Assembly (NCBI GenBank): GCA_900299075.1
Contig: OMIK01000065.1
Location: 13,059-77,058 of the forward strand
Source of the DNA: Chlorobi bacterium Chlorobi_1
Lineage (GTDB): Bacteria > Bacteroidota > Chlorobiia > Chlorobiales > Chlorobiaceae
Direction: 5' to 3'
Length of the DNA: 64,000 nt
The notes below the pieces were generated by a model. That model did no database searches, had not been told where the DNA came from, and saw only the letters and a program-made list of their open reading frames with translations. Shown here piece after piece: positions 42,183 to 52,045 of the stretch. Both the position numbers and the translations under genes were made by a program. How positions within the stretch are numbered: the stretch's first letter is position 1; the number at the start of each line of letters is the position of its first letter.

Positions 42183-42608
42183 ATGAACATCAGTGCAAGG
42201 AACATCTTCAGAGGCACTGTCTCGTCGATCACGAAAGGCGCGGTCAACGCCGAAGTCGCCATCGACCTCGGCAACGGCACATCGATCGTCTCGACCGTCA
42301 CCATCGGCTCCGTCGAGCGGCTCGGACTGCAGACGGGCATGACGGCAAGTGCGATCGTCAAGGCAAACTCGGTCATCCTCGGGACCGGCCTGCTCGACGC
42401 GAAGCTCAGCGCCCGCAACATCCTTCCCGGCAAGATCAGCCGCGTCATCGAGGGCCCGGTCAGCACCGAAGTGGACCTCGAGATCGGCGGCGGCAACACC
42501 CTCTCTGCCGTCATCACCCACGGCAGCTCCACCCGGATGGGCCTTGCCGTCGGCGGCACCGCCTGCGCCATCTTCAAGGCTTCCAGCGTCATCATCGGCA
42601 CGGAGTAG
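42183..42608 (+). CDS. Tandem TOBE/Mop molybdate-binding protein (ModG-like)
   Basis: Two repeats: ISARNIFRG...IVKA and LSARNILPG...IFKAS. Confidence 0.92.
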   Translation: MNISARNIFRGTVSSITKGAVNAEVAIDLGNGTSIVSTVTIGSVERLGLQTGMTASAIVKANSVILGTGLLDAKLSARNILPGKISRVIEGPVSTEVDLEIGGGNTLSAVITHGSSTRMGLAVGGTACAIFKASSVIIGTE

Positions 42609-42739
42609 GCCATCTCCTCCTGGACAACGGATGAATTTCCGGTTCGCAAAACGGTTTTTTGCAAAAAAGAGCTGATCTTGTAGAGATGGAGACCTCCAGG
42701 CAGATCAATCGTGCATACCGCAAAACGAAGGGGCATACC

Positions 42740-43162
42740 ATGAGACTCAAATCGATCGTATTGGCAGGAGTGATGCTTTTTGCTGGCACGGGCATGATCC
42801 GGCAGCAGGAAGAGTTGTTTGCTGCCGATGACGCGCCATACCTGTTTGATATCATCAAGAGGCCTGCATACAGGAAAGCCTGGCTGGCGATGTTCCGGAA
42901 TGAACGGGGGGTACCGCAATGGCTTGTCCGGGTCGAAGGGCCTTCGACGCCTATGGAGCAGGCGACCATGAACGGAGTGGCGTACCAGAAAGGTTTTGTA
43001 TGCAAGCCGCATGACTGTGGAGACAACTCGTTCCATGTCATCTTCAGTGCCGACGGCACAAAAGCCTGGGGGCTCCTGCTGGTGGATGAGGTGCAAGAAC
43101 GGTTCTTCGGTTCGCCTGGCGCCGATATGATGGCGCTGTTACGACAATCGTCACGCCAGTGA
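42740..43162 (+). CDS. ivy: Ivy-family inhibitor of vertebrate (c-type) lysozyme
   Basis: Signal peptide; diagnostic CKPHDC loop; preceding GPSTP. Confidence 0.85.
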   Translation: MRLKSIVLAGVMLFAGTGMIRQQEELFAADDAPYLFDIIKRPAYRKAWLAMFRNERGVPQWLVRVEGPSTPMEQATMNGVAYQKGFVCKPHDCGDNSFHVIFSADGTKAWGLLLVDEVQERFFGSPGADMMALLRQSSRQ

Positions 43163-43201
43163 TGCGCTACCGGCATTAACCAACCCTGACACTCCTGAAC
43201 C

Positions 43202-43939
43202 ATGAGCTTTCCCGGAAAAAAGGTGTGCTTCATGACCGGGGCATCCGGCAAGCTCGGCAGGGAGGTCGCGCTGGCGATCGCCGGGCAGGGCTACTCCATC
43301 TTCTTCACCTGGAACTCCTCCGAGGAGCAGGCGGGCGAGACCCTCGAACAGCTCCGCTGGGTAAGCCCCGAATCGCAGATGGCGCGATGCGACGTTTCGA
43401 AGGCGGGAGAGATCGCAGAGGCGTTCCGCACCTTCGGGCACCATTTCGGGCGCCTCGACCTCCTGATCGCCAGTGCATCCAACTTCTACCGGACCGACCT
43501 GCTGGAGGTGACCGAGGAGCAGTGGCACAGCCTCGTGGACACGAACCTCAAGGGGACCTTCTTCACGATGCAGGAGGCGGCGAAGATCATGCTCCGCCAG
43601 CCCTTCCTGTCGAGGATGATCACCATGAGCGACGTTTCGGCCGGGCTCGTCTGGCGCAACTTCGCCCCCTACACCGTCTCGAAATCCGGCATCCAGCACC
43701 TGACGCGCATCTTCGCCAAGGATACGGCACCGAGGATCCTGGTGAACTCGATCGCGCCCGGCACCATATCGGCCTACCCCGGGCGCGAGGAGGAGCCGGA
43801 GCCCGGTCTGCTCGAGAAGATCCCGCTGCAGCGCCTGGGCGACCCGATGGATATCGTCGGCGCGGTGAAGTTCCTGATGGAGAGCGAGTACATCACCGGC
43901 CAGGTGATCAACGTCGACGGCGGGCGGATGCTGTATTGA
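43202..43939 (+). CDS. SDR oxidoreductase, pteridine reductase (PTR1/FolM)-like
   Basis: TGASGKLG, IASAS.F, YTVSK, VNSIAPG, YITGQVINVDGG. Confidence 0.82.
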   Translation: MSFPGKKVCFMTGASGKLGREVALAIAGQGYSIFFTWNSSEEQAGETLEQLRWVSPESQMARCDVSKAGEIAEAFRTFGHHFGRLDLLIASASNFYRTDLLEVTEEQWHSLVDTNLKGTFFTMQEAAKIMLRQPFLSRMITMSDVSAGLVWRNFAPYTVSKSGIQHLTRIFAKDTAPRILVNSIAPGTISAYPGREEEPEPGLLEKIPLQRLGDPMDIVGAVKFLMESEYITGQVINVDGGRMLY

Positions 43940-43993
43940 CGGTGACGCGTGACTGGTCATGGAAAAGCGTGCCGATCTGAAACGTCATGCCGG

Positions 43994-44088
43994 TTACGGA
44001 GTTTTACTTATGGGTCCTATAGGACCTATAGGACTTATGGGACCTATGGGTTGAAATCGAAGATCACTCCATGGAATACTCATCGTCA
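43994..44088 (+). repeat. Left arm of a long inverted repeat (9-nt tandem units plus a unique core)
   Basis: acttatgggtcctataggacctataggacttatgggacctatgggttgaaatcgaagatcactccatgg; homologous to the reverse complement of 45242-45322. Confidence 0.85.
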
Positions 44089-44180
44089 AGCGCCCCCCTC
44101 ATTCCTCCTTGCATCGCCATCCTTTATTTTTTCTATATTTAAGGAGTAACTGTCCCGTTCAACCTTACCTCATCACGGAT

Positions 44181-44450
44181 ATGGAGCACGAGATACCGGT
44201 CACCATCATGGAACAGGAGGCGCCCGCAGCCAAGCCGTCGACGCAGCCGGAACTGCCGGAGCAGATCAGGGAGTTCGCCGGCATGGTCACCTCCACGCTC
44301 AGGGAGTTCAAGGAGAGCGAAGCCTACGACAAACTGCTCGAAGGGAAGAAGGCCGTCAGCGACTACATCAGGAAGAACCCCCTGCCGTCGCTCGGGTACG
44401 CCCTCGGGGCGGGCGTGCTGTTCGGCTTCATCCTCAAGCGGAGCCGTTAA
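44181..44450 (+). CDS. ElaB/YqjD/DUF883-like tail-anchored membrane protein
   Basis: C-terminal YIRKNPLPSLGYALGAGVLFGFILKRSR. Confidence 0.7.
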   Translation: MEHEIPVTIMEQEAPAAKPSTQPELPEQIREFAGMVTSTLREFKESEAYDKLLEGKKAVSDYIRKNPLPSLGYALGAGVLFGFILKRSR

Positions 44451-44462
44451 GGCAACAAGCGC

Positions 44463-44852
44463 ATGACGAACATGGAACAGGAGAGTGCTTCGGCCAAAGG
44501 GGCCAGGAAAGGGATTCCAGGCCTGATCGACAAGACCGTTTCGTCGACCTACGAAGACCTGATGGCGATCATCGAGGCCAAGCTCGAGCTGGTCAAGATC
44601 GACCTCACGGAGAAGGTCGCGCTCCTCGGCGCACTGCTGATCCTGCTGGTCATCTTCATGATAGGAACGGCCTACTTCATCACCTCGCTGGCGCTCCTTG
44701 TCGGAGAGCTGGTCGGGCACCCCTTCATCGGCTACCTTGCGATCAGCCTCTTCTTCCTCGGGATCTTCACCGTGCTGACCAGGTTCAGGCCGGAGCTGCT
44801 GAAGAACTTCATCCACAAAATCCTCCTTTCCGCCAATGACTACCGCAAATGA
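44463..44852 (+). CDS. YqjE-like ('phage holin family') two-TM membrane protein
   Basis: KLELVKIDLTEK followed by two transmembrane helices; second gene of the YqjD-YqjE-YqjK-like triad. Confidence 0.7.
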   Translation: MTNMEQESASAKGARKGIPGLIDKTVSSTYEDLMAIIEAKLELVKIDLTEKVALLGALLILLVIFMIGTAYFITSLALLVGELVGHPFIGYLAISLFFLGIFTVLTRFRPELLKNFIHKILLSANDYRK

Positions 44853-45237
44853 ACACCTGAAAAGCATCCAGTCGCGGATCGACGAGCTCGAACAGACCAT
44901 CACCGAGAAGGGGGAGCAGATAAAGTCGAGGGCGATGCACCTGAAGGAGGAGCTCCAGGATGAGCTGGCCCCCGAAGAGCTGGTCAGGAGGCATCCGTTC
45001 AAGGCAGCCGGGGCAGCCCTGCTCACCGGGCTCATCATCGGCAGGGCCGCCAGGTCGATCGTCTCCCCCTCCCGAGGTGCCGTTGCCGCAAGCGGTACCG
45101 TACCAGCCGTAGATCGCGAGCCGTCAGCCCTGAAGGTCGCCCTCGGCGCTGTCGGGGCCGAAGTGCTGCACGCCGGCAAGGACCTGGCGATCGCCTGGCT
45201 CCGGAGCTATATCGAGGAGAAGAAGAAGACCGCGTGA
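44836..45237 (+). CDS. Hypothetical protein (YqjK/DUF3618-like)
   Basis: Coiled N-terminus, then VRRHPFKAAGAALLTGLIIG. Confidence 0.65.
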   Translation: MTTANEHLKSIQSRIDELEQTITEKGEQIKSRAMHLKEELQDELAPEELVRRHPFKAAGAALLTGLIIGRAARSIVSPSRGAVAASGTVPAVDREPSALKVALGAVGAEVLHAGKDLAIAWLRSYIEEKKKTA

Positions 45238-45241
45238 CACG

Positions 45242-45322
45242 TGACGAAGAAAATACCATGGGGTGATCCCCGATTTCAACCCATAAGCCCCATAGGTCCT
45301 GTACGTCCCATAAGTCCCGTAA
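45242..45322 (-). repeat. Right arm of the long inverted repeat
   Basis: Reverse complement reads ttacgggacttatgggacgtacaggacctatggggcttatgggttgaaatcggggatcaccccatggtattttcttcgtca. Confidence 0.85.
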
Positions 45323-45379
45323 TCAGCAACACCGCACCCCGTCGCGTCGCGTGTCGCGCGTCACGACGCTTCCCCCGCC

Positions 45380-45904
45380 CTACCAGTTCGAAACCATCCT
45401 GTTGAAGAGCGCATCGGCCGCCTGCTCCATCGCATTGGCGATGGCCGCCTGCTGGGCGCTGTAGCTGCCTACCGTATAGTCGGAAAAGCCCACGAACGAC
45501 TGGGAAAAAATCCTGGTATTCTTGACCCGGTCGTCGAAATCGGCCTTGACCACGATGGTGATCCGGTTGGTGACGGCTCGCTCCGTTCCACTGCCGAGCT
45601 GGCTCGGTTCGTCCGAGTAGGAGATGATGACACCGGTCAGGAGCGCATCGGCGCGCGAGGGGTCGGACTCGATCGACAGGCTGCTCTGCGACTCGATCTT
45701 GTCGGTGACCTTGCGGGTGATGGTCTCACGAAACTGCGCGATTCCCGCCTGGGAGGAGTCGTCGAACAGCGGCACGGCAACCCGGTTCAGGTGCGGAGGG
45801 AGGGATGCCCCGGAAAAGCTGTAGCACCCCTGGAGCGTTGCCGAAACCATGCAGAGCAGCGCCAGCAGCAGCGTCCTTCCCGTTTTCCAGTCGATAAGCC
45901 TCAT
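45380..45904 (-). CDS. lptE: LPS assembly lipoprotein LptE-like
   Basis: Lipobox LQGC followed by YSFSGAS; ITIVVKADFDD. Confidence 0.8.
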   Translation of the reverse strand: MRLIDWKTGRTLLLALLCMVSATLQGCYSFSGASLPPHLNRVAVPLFDDSSQAGIAQFRETITRKVTDKIESQSSLSIESDPSRADALLTGVIISYSDEPSQLGSGTERAVTNRITIVVKADFDDRVKNTRIFSQSFVGFSDYTVGSYSAQQAAIANAMEQAADALFNRMVSNW

Positions 45905-45918
45905 GGTTCCCGCCCGTT

Positions 45919-46743
45919 TCAGTAGGTTCTTCTGTCGATCCTGTCGAACATTTTACGAAAAGGATAGCTCAAAAGCATGAGCTTCTTCCGTTTGCCGGAG
46001 AGCGCGGAGAGGTAGAGCCCGGTCTTCCCGTCGCTCCACGCCGAAGCCATCTTCACGGCGTACCGTGCCGCCCGCTCCGGCGACTGGGCGAAGATGTCCT
46101 GGATGGTGTTGAAGGTACCGAGCTGGCGCATGAACTCGGGCGTGGGGTCGGCCGGCGTGACGATGCTGGTCCTGACGAGCCCGGGATGCAGGAGCATCAC
46201 CGAGATGTCCGTTTTGCGGTACTCTTCGGCCATGGCGTAGGTGAAGCGGGCGATCGCCGCCTTGGTGGAGCCGTAGGCCGAGATGTAGGGGGTGTTCGAT
46301 TTGGGGTCGGTACCCGAGCCGGCGAGGTTGATGATCTTGCCTTTGCGCCCGGATGCGAGGAAGTAGCGTACCGCGGCACGGCTGCCGTAATAGGTCCCCT
46401 TGAGGTTGGTGTCGATGACCCGGCCCCAGGCCTCCGGGCTGCTGTCGCCGACGTTCTCGAAGGGGTCGGAGATGCCGGCGTTGTTGACGAAGCAGTCGAT
46501 GGCGCCGAACCTGGCGACCGAAGCGTTCACCAGCCCCTCCAGCTCCTCGCAGGAGGAGGCGTCGCAGGGGTGTCCGAACACCGAACCTTCGGGAAAGCCC
46601 CGGACGGCCGCCTCGACGTTTTCCCTCCGGCTGGAGGTGATGACCACCCTCGCCCCCTCCCTGACGAATTCACGGGCGATGGCGATCCCTATACCGCGGG
46701 TCGAACCCGTGATGACGGCGACTTTTCCTTCGAGCTTGCCCAT
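45919..46743 (-). CDS. Classical SDR oxidoreductase
   Basis: TGSTRGIG, VNNAG, YGSTK catalytic motif, HPGLVRT. Confidence 0.9.
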   Translation of the reverse strand: MGKLEGKVAVITGSTRGIGIAIAREFVREGARVVITSSRRENVEAAVRGFPEGSVFGHPCDASSCEELEGLVNASVARFGAIDCFVNNAGISDPFENVGDSSPEAWGRVIDTNLKGTYYGSRAAVRYFLASGRKGKIINLAGSGTDPKSNTPYISAYGSTKAAIARFTYAMAEEYRKTDISVMLLHPGLVRTSIVTPADPTPEFMRQLGTFNTIQDIFAQSPERAARYAVKMASAWSDGKTGLYLSALSGKRKKLMLLSYPFRKMFDRIDRRTY

Positions 46744-46779
46744 TTTTGCTGGCGACTGGATGGAGGGGTCAGGGCGGGC

Positions 46780-48084
46780 TCAGCGCTTTGCGCCGGCCAT
46801 CTGGTCCACCATGGCCTGGAGCTCGGGGCGACCCTCCGCATAGGCCTCGATCGGGATGCCGCCCTCGATCGCCTCCCACGCCTGGCGGATGCTCCGGGCA
46901 CCGGCCTTGGGGCCCATGGGGTGGCCGAACACCCCGCGCCCCGGCACGAAGCCGAAGTCGGAGCTGCCGACCTTCCGGTAGACCGTCTCGAGCGTCAGGG
47001 CCGAGTCGCTGCCGCCCGGCACGGGCAGGCAGGGCTTGATATGGCCCATCGGCTTGACGCACTCCTCGATGTTCTCCAGCACCTCCTCTTCGGGAGTCAT
47101 CATCCGGCCGCCGAATCCGGGCATGATGACCGCGTCGAGGCCGGCAAGCCGCTGCAGCTTGGTCATCACCCTCGAGTGGATCCCGTACTTCTCCATGCGG
47201 CTGAAGGCGGCAATGAAGGGGAAATGGCCGATCAGCGGCACCTGCGTGTAGTTGCTCAGCATGCGGACGGCGCTGAGGCCCACCGGCAGGGCATTGATCA
47301 GGAGGGCATTGGCGCCGTTGCGCACGGCGACGTCGTGCTTCTCGATCAGGCTGTCCACCTCGTCAGTGATGTTGGCCAGGTAGATCTTCGGTTCGCCCGT
47401 CTCCGCCTCCGCATGGCGGCGCGCCTCCCCGAGGTGTGCCGCGCGGTCGGCCATGGCCGACCAGGTAACGTCGGCCAGCATCTCGTCGTCCTTGGCGATG
47501 TCGAGGCCTCCAAGCCAGCTCTGGTGGGCGATCTCGGCGAACTCTTCGGGGCTCAGGCCGATGTTCGGCTTGACGACGCCGAAAAAGATCGGGCGGTCAT
47601 AGGCCTTCAGGATCTTGCGCAACCCGTCGATGCCGAACTTCGGCCCTTCGCAGTCCGCAAGGTAGGAGTCCGGAAACTCGATATCCATGAGCTTCACCAC
47701 CGGGACACCGGGAGTGAAGAAGGTCCCCTCCCCGCAGACGGCGGTCAGGAGGTTGGGGAGCTTCGGGCCGAAATTGCAGTGCGGGTGGGCGATGGTCACG
47801 CGGCAGGCGTGGATCTTCCCGCTCTCCGAGTGCTTGACCGGATAGCTGATCTGCTCCAGTTCGGCCGTCACCTCCAGGCCGATCACCTTGGCCGCATGGA
47901 TGGGCCGGAAATCCTCGTCCCTGTCGACCCGTTTCCACTGGGCGGTGGACTGTTCGCTGCAGAAGTGGGCAAGCGCCGTCTCGATGTCGCCGACGCATTC
48001 GAGATAGTAGTCGAGAACCAGGTACTGCTCCATGTCGAGCTCGGCCCTGTCGGCAAAGAACCCTCTGATGTCTTCAGAATTCAT
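46780..48084 (-). CDS. rlp: RuBisCO-like protein (form IV, Chlorobi/Photo type)
   Basis: SEQSTA, KPNIGL (K177 replaced by N), KDDE carbamylation motif, GHFP in place of [14 protein letters not shown]. Confidence 0.95.
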   Translation of the reverse strand: MNSEDIRGFFADRAELDMEQYLVLDYYLECVGDIETALAHFCSEQSTAQWKRVDRDEDFRPIHAAKVIGLEVTAELEQISYPVKHSESGKIHACRVTIAHPHCNFGPKLPNLLTAVCGEGTFFTPGVPVVKLMDIEFPDSYLADCEGPKFGIDGLRKILKAYDRPIFFGVVKPNIGLSPEEFAEIAHQSWLGGLDIAKDDEMLADVTWSAMADRAAHLGEARRHAEAETGEPKIYLANITDEVDSLIEKHDVAVRNGANALLINALPVGLSAVRMLSNYTQVPLIGHFPFIAAFSRMEKYGIHSRVMTKLQRLAGLDAVIMPGFGGRMMTPEEEVLENIEECVKPMGHIKPCLPVPGGSDSALTLETVYRKVGSSDFGFVPGRGVFGHPMGPKAGARSIRQAWEAIEGGIPIEAYAEGRPELQAMVDQMAGAKR

Positions 48085-48120
48085 AATAAAAGATCAACCT
48101 CTGCAGTTTTTTGTAAAATA

Positions 48121-48144
48121 GGGGGGCGGTACCTCCCGCCCCCC
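48121..48144 (-). terminator. GC-rich hairpin between the lsrF-like gene and rlp
   Basis: ggggggcgg-tacctc-ccgcccccc: 9-bp stem followed on the minus strand by tatttt. Confidence 0.5.
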
Positions 48145-48168
48145 ACGAACAGTCAACATCAGGCAAGC

Positions 48169-48206
48169 GATAATGGATAATCGTCCTTCTTTCCATTATC
48201 CATTAC
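48169..48206. repeat. Heptamer-unit (GATAATG) palindrome
   Basis: taatggataat pairs with attatccatta; overlaps the lsrF-like stop codon. Confidence 0.7.
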
Positions 48207-49084
48207 CCCTCGGCCCTGATCGAGTTGAAGTACTCGAACGCCTCGGCCGGCGTGGCGTTCTCGTGCACGATCCTGTTGACCGCCTTCATCATGGCGAGCG
48301 GAGCGTCGCTCTGGAAGATGTTGCGACCCATGTCGACACCCGCGGCGCCCTCCTGGACAGCCTTCCAGGACATGGTCAGCGCGTCGAGCTCGGGGAGCTT
48401 CTTGCCGCCGGCCATCACGATCGGCACCGGGCAGGAGGCCACGACGGTCTCGAAATCCTCCTCGACATAGTAGGTCTTCACGAGCTGTGCGCCCAGCTCC
48501 GCGCAGATGCGGGTGGCAAGGCGGAAGTACTTGGCGTCGCGCACCATGTCCTTGCCGACCGCGGTCACGGCCATGGTCGGGATGCCGTAGCGCAGGCCCA
48601 TGTCGATCAGCCTGGTCATGTTCTTGATCGAGCGGGTCTCGTACTCGCCGCCGATGAAGACCTGCAGGGTGATGCAGGCGACGTTCATGCGGACGGCGTC
48701 CTCGATGTCGACCGCCAGCTCCTCGTCGGAGAGCTCCTTCAGGATGCTCGGGCCGCCGCTGCACCGCATGACGACCGCCTTGTTGAGGGTCGGGGGCACG
48801 GTCGTGCGCAGGATGCCGCGGGTAAGCATGATGGCGTCGGCGTGCGGCATGAGCGGCACGATGTTCACGTCGGGGCGCTCGAGGCCGGTGGTCGGGCCCT
48901 GGAAGTAGCCGTGGTCGATGGCGAACATGACCGTCCTGCCGCTCTCCGGCCTGAAGATGCGCGCGAGGCGGTTCTTCATGCCCCAGTCGTAGGAGTGGGC
49001 GCCTTTGAGGTAGAAGCCGTAGTTGTTCACCGGGATATCGGTATAGTACTCCTTCGCCTGTTTGTCCTTGTCGTATTCCGCCAT
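48203..49084 (-). CDS. lsrF: LsrF-like class I aldolase/thiolase (DhnA family)
   Basis: [36 protein letters not shown] (Schiff-base Lys), [16 protein letters not shown]. Confidence 0.88.
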   Translation of the reverse strand: MAEYDKDKQAKEYYTDIPVNNYGFYLKGAHSYDWGMKNRLARIFRPESGRTVMFAIDHGYFQGPTTGLERPDVNIVPLMPHADAIMLTRGILRTTVPPTLNKAVVMRCSGGPSILKELSDEELAVDIEDAVRMNVACITLQVFIGGEYETRSIKNMTRLIDMGLRYGIPTMAVTAVGKDMVRDAKYFRLATRICAELGAQLVKTYYVEEDFETVVASCPVPIVMAGGKKLPELDALTMSWKAVQEGAAGVDMGRNIFQSDAPLAMMKAVNRIVHENATPAEAFEYFNSIRAEG

Positions 49085-49134
49085 CGTCGGGGCCTCCTGG
49101 TTAAGTTGTGTTGGTTGCGATATTCCTGGTGCGG

Positions 49135-51255
49135 TCAGCGCAGCGCGGCTGCGATGTTGCCGCCGTCGACCGTGGTCACCGACCCAGTCGTCTTCGTTTC
49201 GAGGGCAAGGTGCACGAAGGCGTCGGCCACATCCTCGGCCGTCACCTCCAGTCCGAGCAGGTTGCCCGCCATATACTCCCGTTCGCTCAGTCCGCGTGCC
49301 ATCGAACGGGCCTTGATCATCTCGGGCGTGAGGAGGCCGCTGCGGATCCGGTCGGCGTTCACCCCGTTGGCGCGGATGCCGTCCCTTCCGTGGTCCAGGG
49401 CGTACTGCCTGAGCAGGAAGAGGGTCGCCGCCTTGGGCAGGCCGTAGGGGCCGAAGTCGGGGCCGGGGTTCACCGCCTGCTTCGAGACGTTGAACAGCAG
49501 GACGCCGCCGGTGCCCTGCAGGCGCATGATGCGTACGGCGTTCTGGGCGATCGCCTGGTGCGAGAAGAAGTTGAGTTCGAAGCTCTTCCTGAGCAGCTCG
49601 TCGGACACGTCGCCGATCCTGCCCTGCAGGGCGACGCCGACATTCGAGACGACGATGTCGATGCCGCCGAAGGTGTGGACGATGGCATCGAAGGCACGGC
49701 GCACGGCGTCGCGGTCGGTCACGTCGCAAGGGATCGTCAGCGTGCCGGGGCCGAGCTCCCCCGCCGCCCGCTCGAGGGCCGCCGGGTCGAGGTCCATGAT
49801 CGCCACCTCCGCACCCTTGCTGCGGAACGCCTTGGCCGTGGCGAGGCCGATCGCGCCGGCGCCGCCGGTGACGAGCGCCACCTTGCCTGCGAACTCGCCG
49901 CCGTTGCGGCTTTTTTTCACCTTGGCCTGCTCCATGTGCCAGTACTCGATCTCGAAAGCGTCGCGTTCGGAGATGGAGCGGAAGCTGCCGACCGATTCCG
50001 CATCGAGCATCGCCAGGGCCGACTGTTCGGCGATGTCCGCCGTGAGCTTGGCGTCAGCCACGCTCCGGCCGAGTCCGAACAGGCCGATACCGCGGACCAG
50101 CACGACCCTCGGCATCGGATCGATCATGCCGACCTCCATGCCGGCCGCGGCGCGGTTGCGCTCGAAATAGGCACGGTAGCCGTCGACGTAAGTCGCCACG
50201 CGCTCGCGGACGGCTGCCTTGAAGCCGTCGAGATCGGCCGCATCGGGAGCGGGCAGCACCAGCGGCTGGTTCTTGGTGCGGATGATGAAGTCGGGGGTCA
50301 TGACGCCCTTCGCGACGATCGATTCGAGCGCATCGGCGTTGACGAACCCGTCGAGCTCCTTCGAAGACCTGAACTCGAGCACGAACCCCTCGTAGTCCTT
50401 CTCGCCGGGGGTCTTCTCGAACGAACAGGCGCCCCTGACGATCGGGGCGACCTCCTCGATGCCCGCGAGTACCGGCGGGAGCTGGACCGAAGGGAAGCTC
50501 TTGCGTCCGGCGGAGGCGATGCGCCCCTCGATGCGGGTGACGCCGTCGATCATCCGGTCGTAAGCCTCGCGGGCCGTGTCGCCGAAGGTCACGAGCCCGT
50601 GGTTGTGCAGCACCATCCCTTCGATGGAGGGGTCGGCGTCGTAGGCGTTCAGGGCAAGGCGCGCCAGGCCGAGACCCGGCTGGATATAGGGCACCGTGCC
50701 GTACCCCTTCCCGAGGGCCTCGCGGCACAGGCGGTCGCCGTCGGCCTGGTTGCTGAGGGTCAGCAGCGCGAGGGAGTGGGTATGGAAGATGTAGCGATGG
50801 GGCAGGAAGGCGTGCAGGAGCGTCTCGATCGAGGGGCTCAGCGACCGGTGCACCATCTGGTCGGTCAGGGTGAAGAGGTTCAGGTAGAGGAAGTTCTTGA
50901 ACTCCCCTGTCGAAAAGCGCTTGATATCATCCTCGCTGTGGCGCTCGCCGGAGGCGTACATGCGCTGGAGCCTCTGGAGCGGTTCGATCCGGACCGGCGT
51001 GAAGTCGTGCACGTCGACCGAGGCGAGGTTGACGCCGCTGGCCTTGATGAAGATGACGTTGGACTGGTTGCCGATGAAGTCGGTGAGCACGCTCTTGACC
51101 GAGGTGTTCCCTCCACCGTGCATGACCAGCCGGTCGTCCCGGCCGAGGATCCGGGAGGCGTAGACCAGGTCGACGAGTTCAGCCGGAGTGTCGGCGGCAT
51201 CGATCCGGCCGGCGGCCGTCGAGTGCAATTCGGAGTCGTTCCAGAGATTCTGCAT
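49135..51255 (-). CDS. Bifunctional class II aldolase / SDR dehydrogenase (RhaEW-like)
   Basis: [20 protein letters not shown] and NHG Zn ligands; C-terminal [18 protein letters not shown]. Confidence 0.92.
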   Translation of the reverse strand: MQNLWNDSELHSTAAGRIDAADTPAELVDLVYASRILGRDDRLVMHGGGNTSVKSVLTDFIGNQSNVIFIKASGVNLASVDVHDFTPVRIEPLQRLQRMYASGERHSEDDIKRFSTGEFKNFLYLNLFTLTDQMVHRSLSPSIETLLHAFLPHRYIFHTHSLALLTLSNQADGDRLCREALGKGYGTVPYIQPGLGLARLALNAYDADPSIEGMVLHNHGLVTFGDTAREAYDRMIDGVTRIEGRIASAGRKSFPSVQLPPVLAGIEEVAPIVRGACSFEKTPGEKDYEGFVLEFRSSKELDGFVNADALESIVAKGVMTPDFIIRTKNQPLVLPAPDAADLDGFKAAVRERVATYVDGYRAYFERNRAAAGMEVGMIDPMPRVVLVRGIGLFGLGRSVADAKLTADIAEQSALAMLDAESVGSFRSISERDAFEIEYWHMEQAKVKKSRNGGEFAGKVALVTGGAGAIGLATAKAFRSKGAEVAIMDLDPAALERAAGELGPGTLTIPCDVTDRDAVRRAFDAIVHTFGGIDIVVSNVGVALQGRIGDVSDELLRKSFELNFFSHQAIAQNAVRIMRLQGTGGVLLFNVSKQAVNPGPDFGPYGLPKAATLFLLRQYALDHGRDGIRANGVNADRIRSGLLTPEMIKARSMARGLSEREYMAGNLLGLEVTAEDVADAFVHLALETKTTGSVTTVDGGNIAAALR

Positions 51256-51306
51256 GTCGAAGTTGGGAGCTCTTGTGAATGCTTGCCTGTTAGTGCCGGA
51301 GCCGCC

Positions 51307-51528
51307 TCAGGAGGCGCCGCCCTGCATCTTTTTCGCGTGGCGGTTCCTGATCATGAATCCCGAAAGGTAGATCAGGATGAAACCGGGAATGACGATCCCG
51401 AGGAACAGCGTCTGGTGCTGGGGCGTCCGGAGCTGCCCGGAGGACCAGATCATCCAGGCCAGTAGCGCCCAGGCAGGCCCGGCGAAGGCGAAGGTGAGGT
51501 TCCAGAGTTTCGTGAAGCTGTGGTTCAT
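51307..51528 (-). CDS. Small two-TM hypothetical membrane protein (73 aa)
   Basis: MNHSFTKLWNLTFAFAGPAWALLAW...; fills the gap between bchV and the aldolase/SDR gene. Confidence 0.65.
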   Translation of the reverse strand: MNHSFTKLWNLTFAFAGPAWALLAWMIWSSGQLRTPQHQTLFLGIVIPGFILIYLSGFMIRNRHAKKMQGGAS

Positions 51529-51571
51529 GGTATAGGGTGTCGGATTGTGCCGGATTCGCAGGGTGCCTGGC

Positions 51572-52045
51572 TCAGATATGCCCCTGGACACGCAGCTTCT
51601 TTTCGTTGCTCTTCTCCAGGATGATGCGGATCAGGTACTGGAGGGCGTTGATGACATAGGTCATGTAGGCGATGTACGCCTCGGTGACCAGCACCTTTTC
51701 CGAATAGCCCATCCAGGCCATGACAAAGTAGAGCAGGTGGAAGAAGGCCGCCACCGTGCTGCCCACATCCTCCCACAGGAACTCCGGCGAGTAGACCCAC
51801 TTGTCGAAGATCTCCTTTTCGAAGAACATGCCGGTGATGAAGAGGATCGCGAAGAAGAGCGTCTTGAACAGGATCGCGATGCTGATCCAGAAAAAGTCGA
51901 TCTGGACGATATTGTTGGCGTAGAGGGTGTTGAGTACGACGCCGGTAAGGAAGATGAGGAACTGGATGGGGGCAAGGATGATCTGGAGTTCCGTCCAGAC
52001 CGAGGCATTTCGTTTGGCGAGCTGTTCGGGTGTATAACGGGGCAT
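51572..52045 (-). CDS. bchV: 3-vinyl (bacterio)chlorophyllide hydratase, BchF/BchV family; probably BchV
   Basis: [34 protein letters not shown]. The paralog call rests on adjacency to a bchQ-like gene and rlp, as recalled for C. tepidum. Confidence 0.8.
   Translation of the reverse strand: MPRYTPEQLAKRNASVWTELQIILAPIQFLIFLTGVVLNTLYANNIVQIDFFWISIAILFKTLFFAILFITGMFFEKEIFDKWVYSPEFLWEDVGSTVAAFFHLLYFVMAWMGYSEKVLVTEAYIAYMTYVINALQYLIRIILEKSNEKKLRVQGHI

Noticed and set aside
44006-44050. 9-mer arrays as a CRISPR array
   Set aside because: The units are 9 nt, contiguous and have no unique spacers; there are no cas genes.
44463-44852. 'Phage holin family' protein as evidence of a prophage
   Set aside because: It is a YqjE-like member of a common YqjD/E/K triad; no integrase, structural or lysis genes lie nearby.
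45919-46743. SDR as a chlorophyll(ide) b reductase (NYC1/NOL)-like pigment enzyme
   Set aside because: The resemblance is limited to generic SDR motifs and cannot be supported without a profile search.
46780-48084. CO2-fixing RuBisCO
   Set aside because: Active-site substitutions (KPN for KPK, HFP for HRA) mark a form IV RLP, and no Calvin-cycle genes are present.
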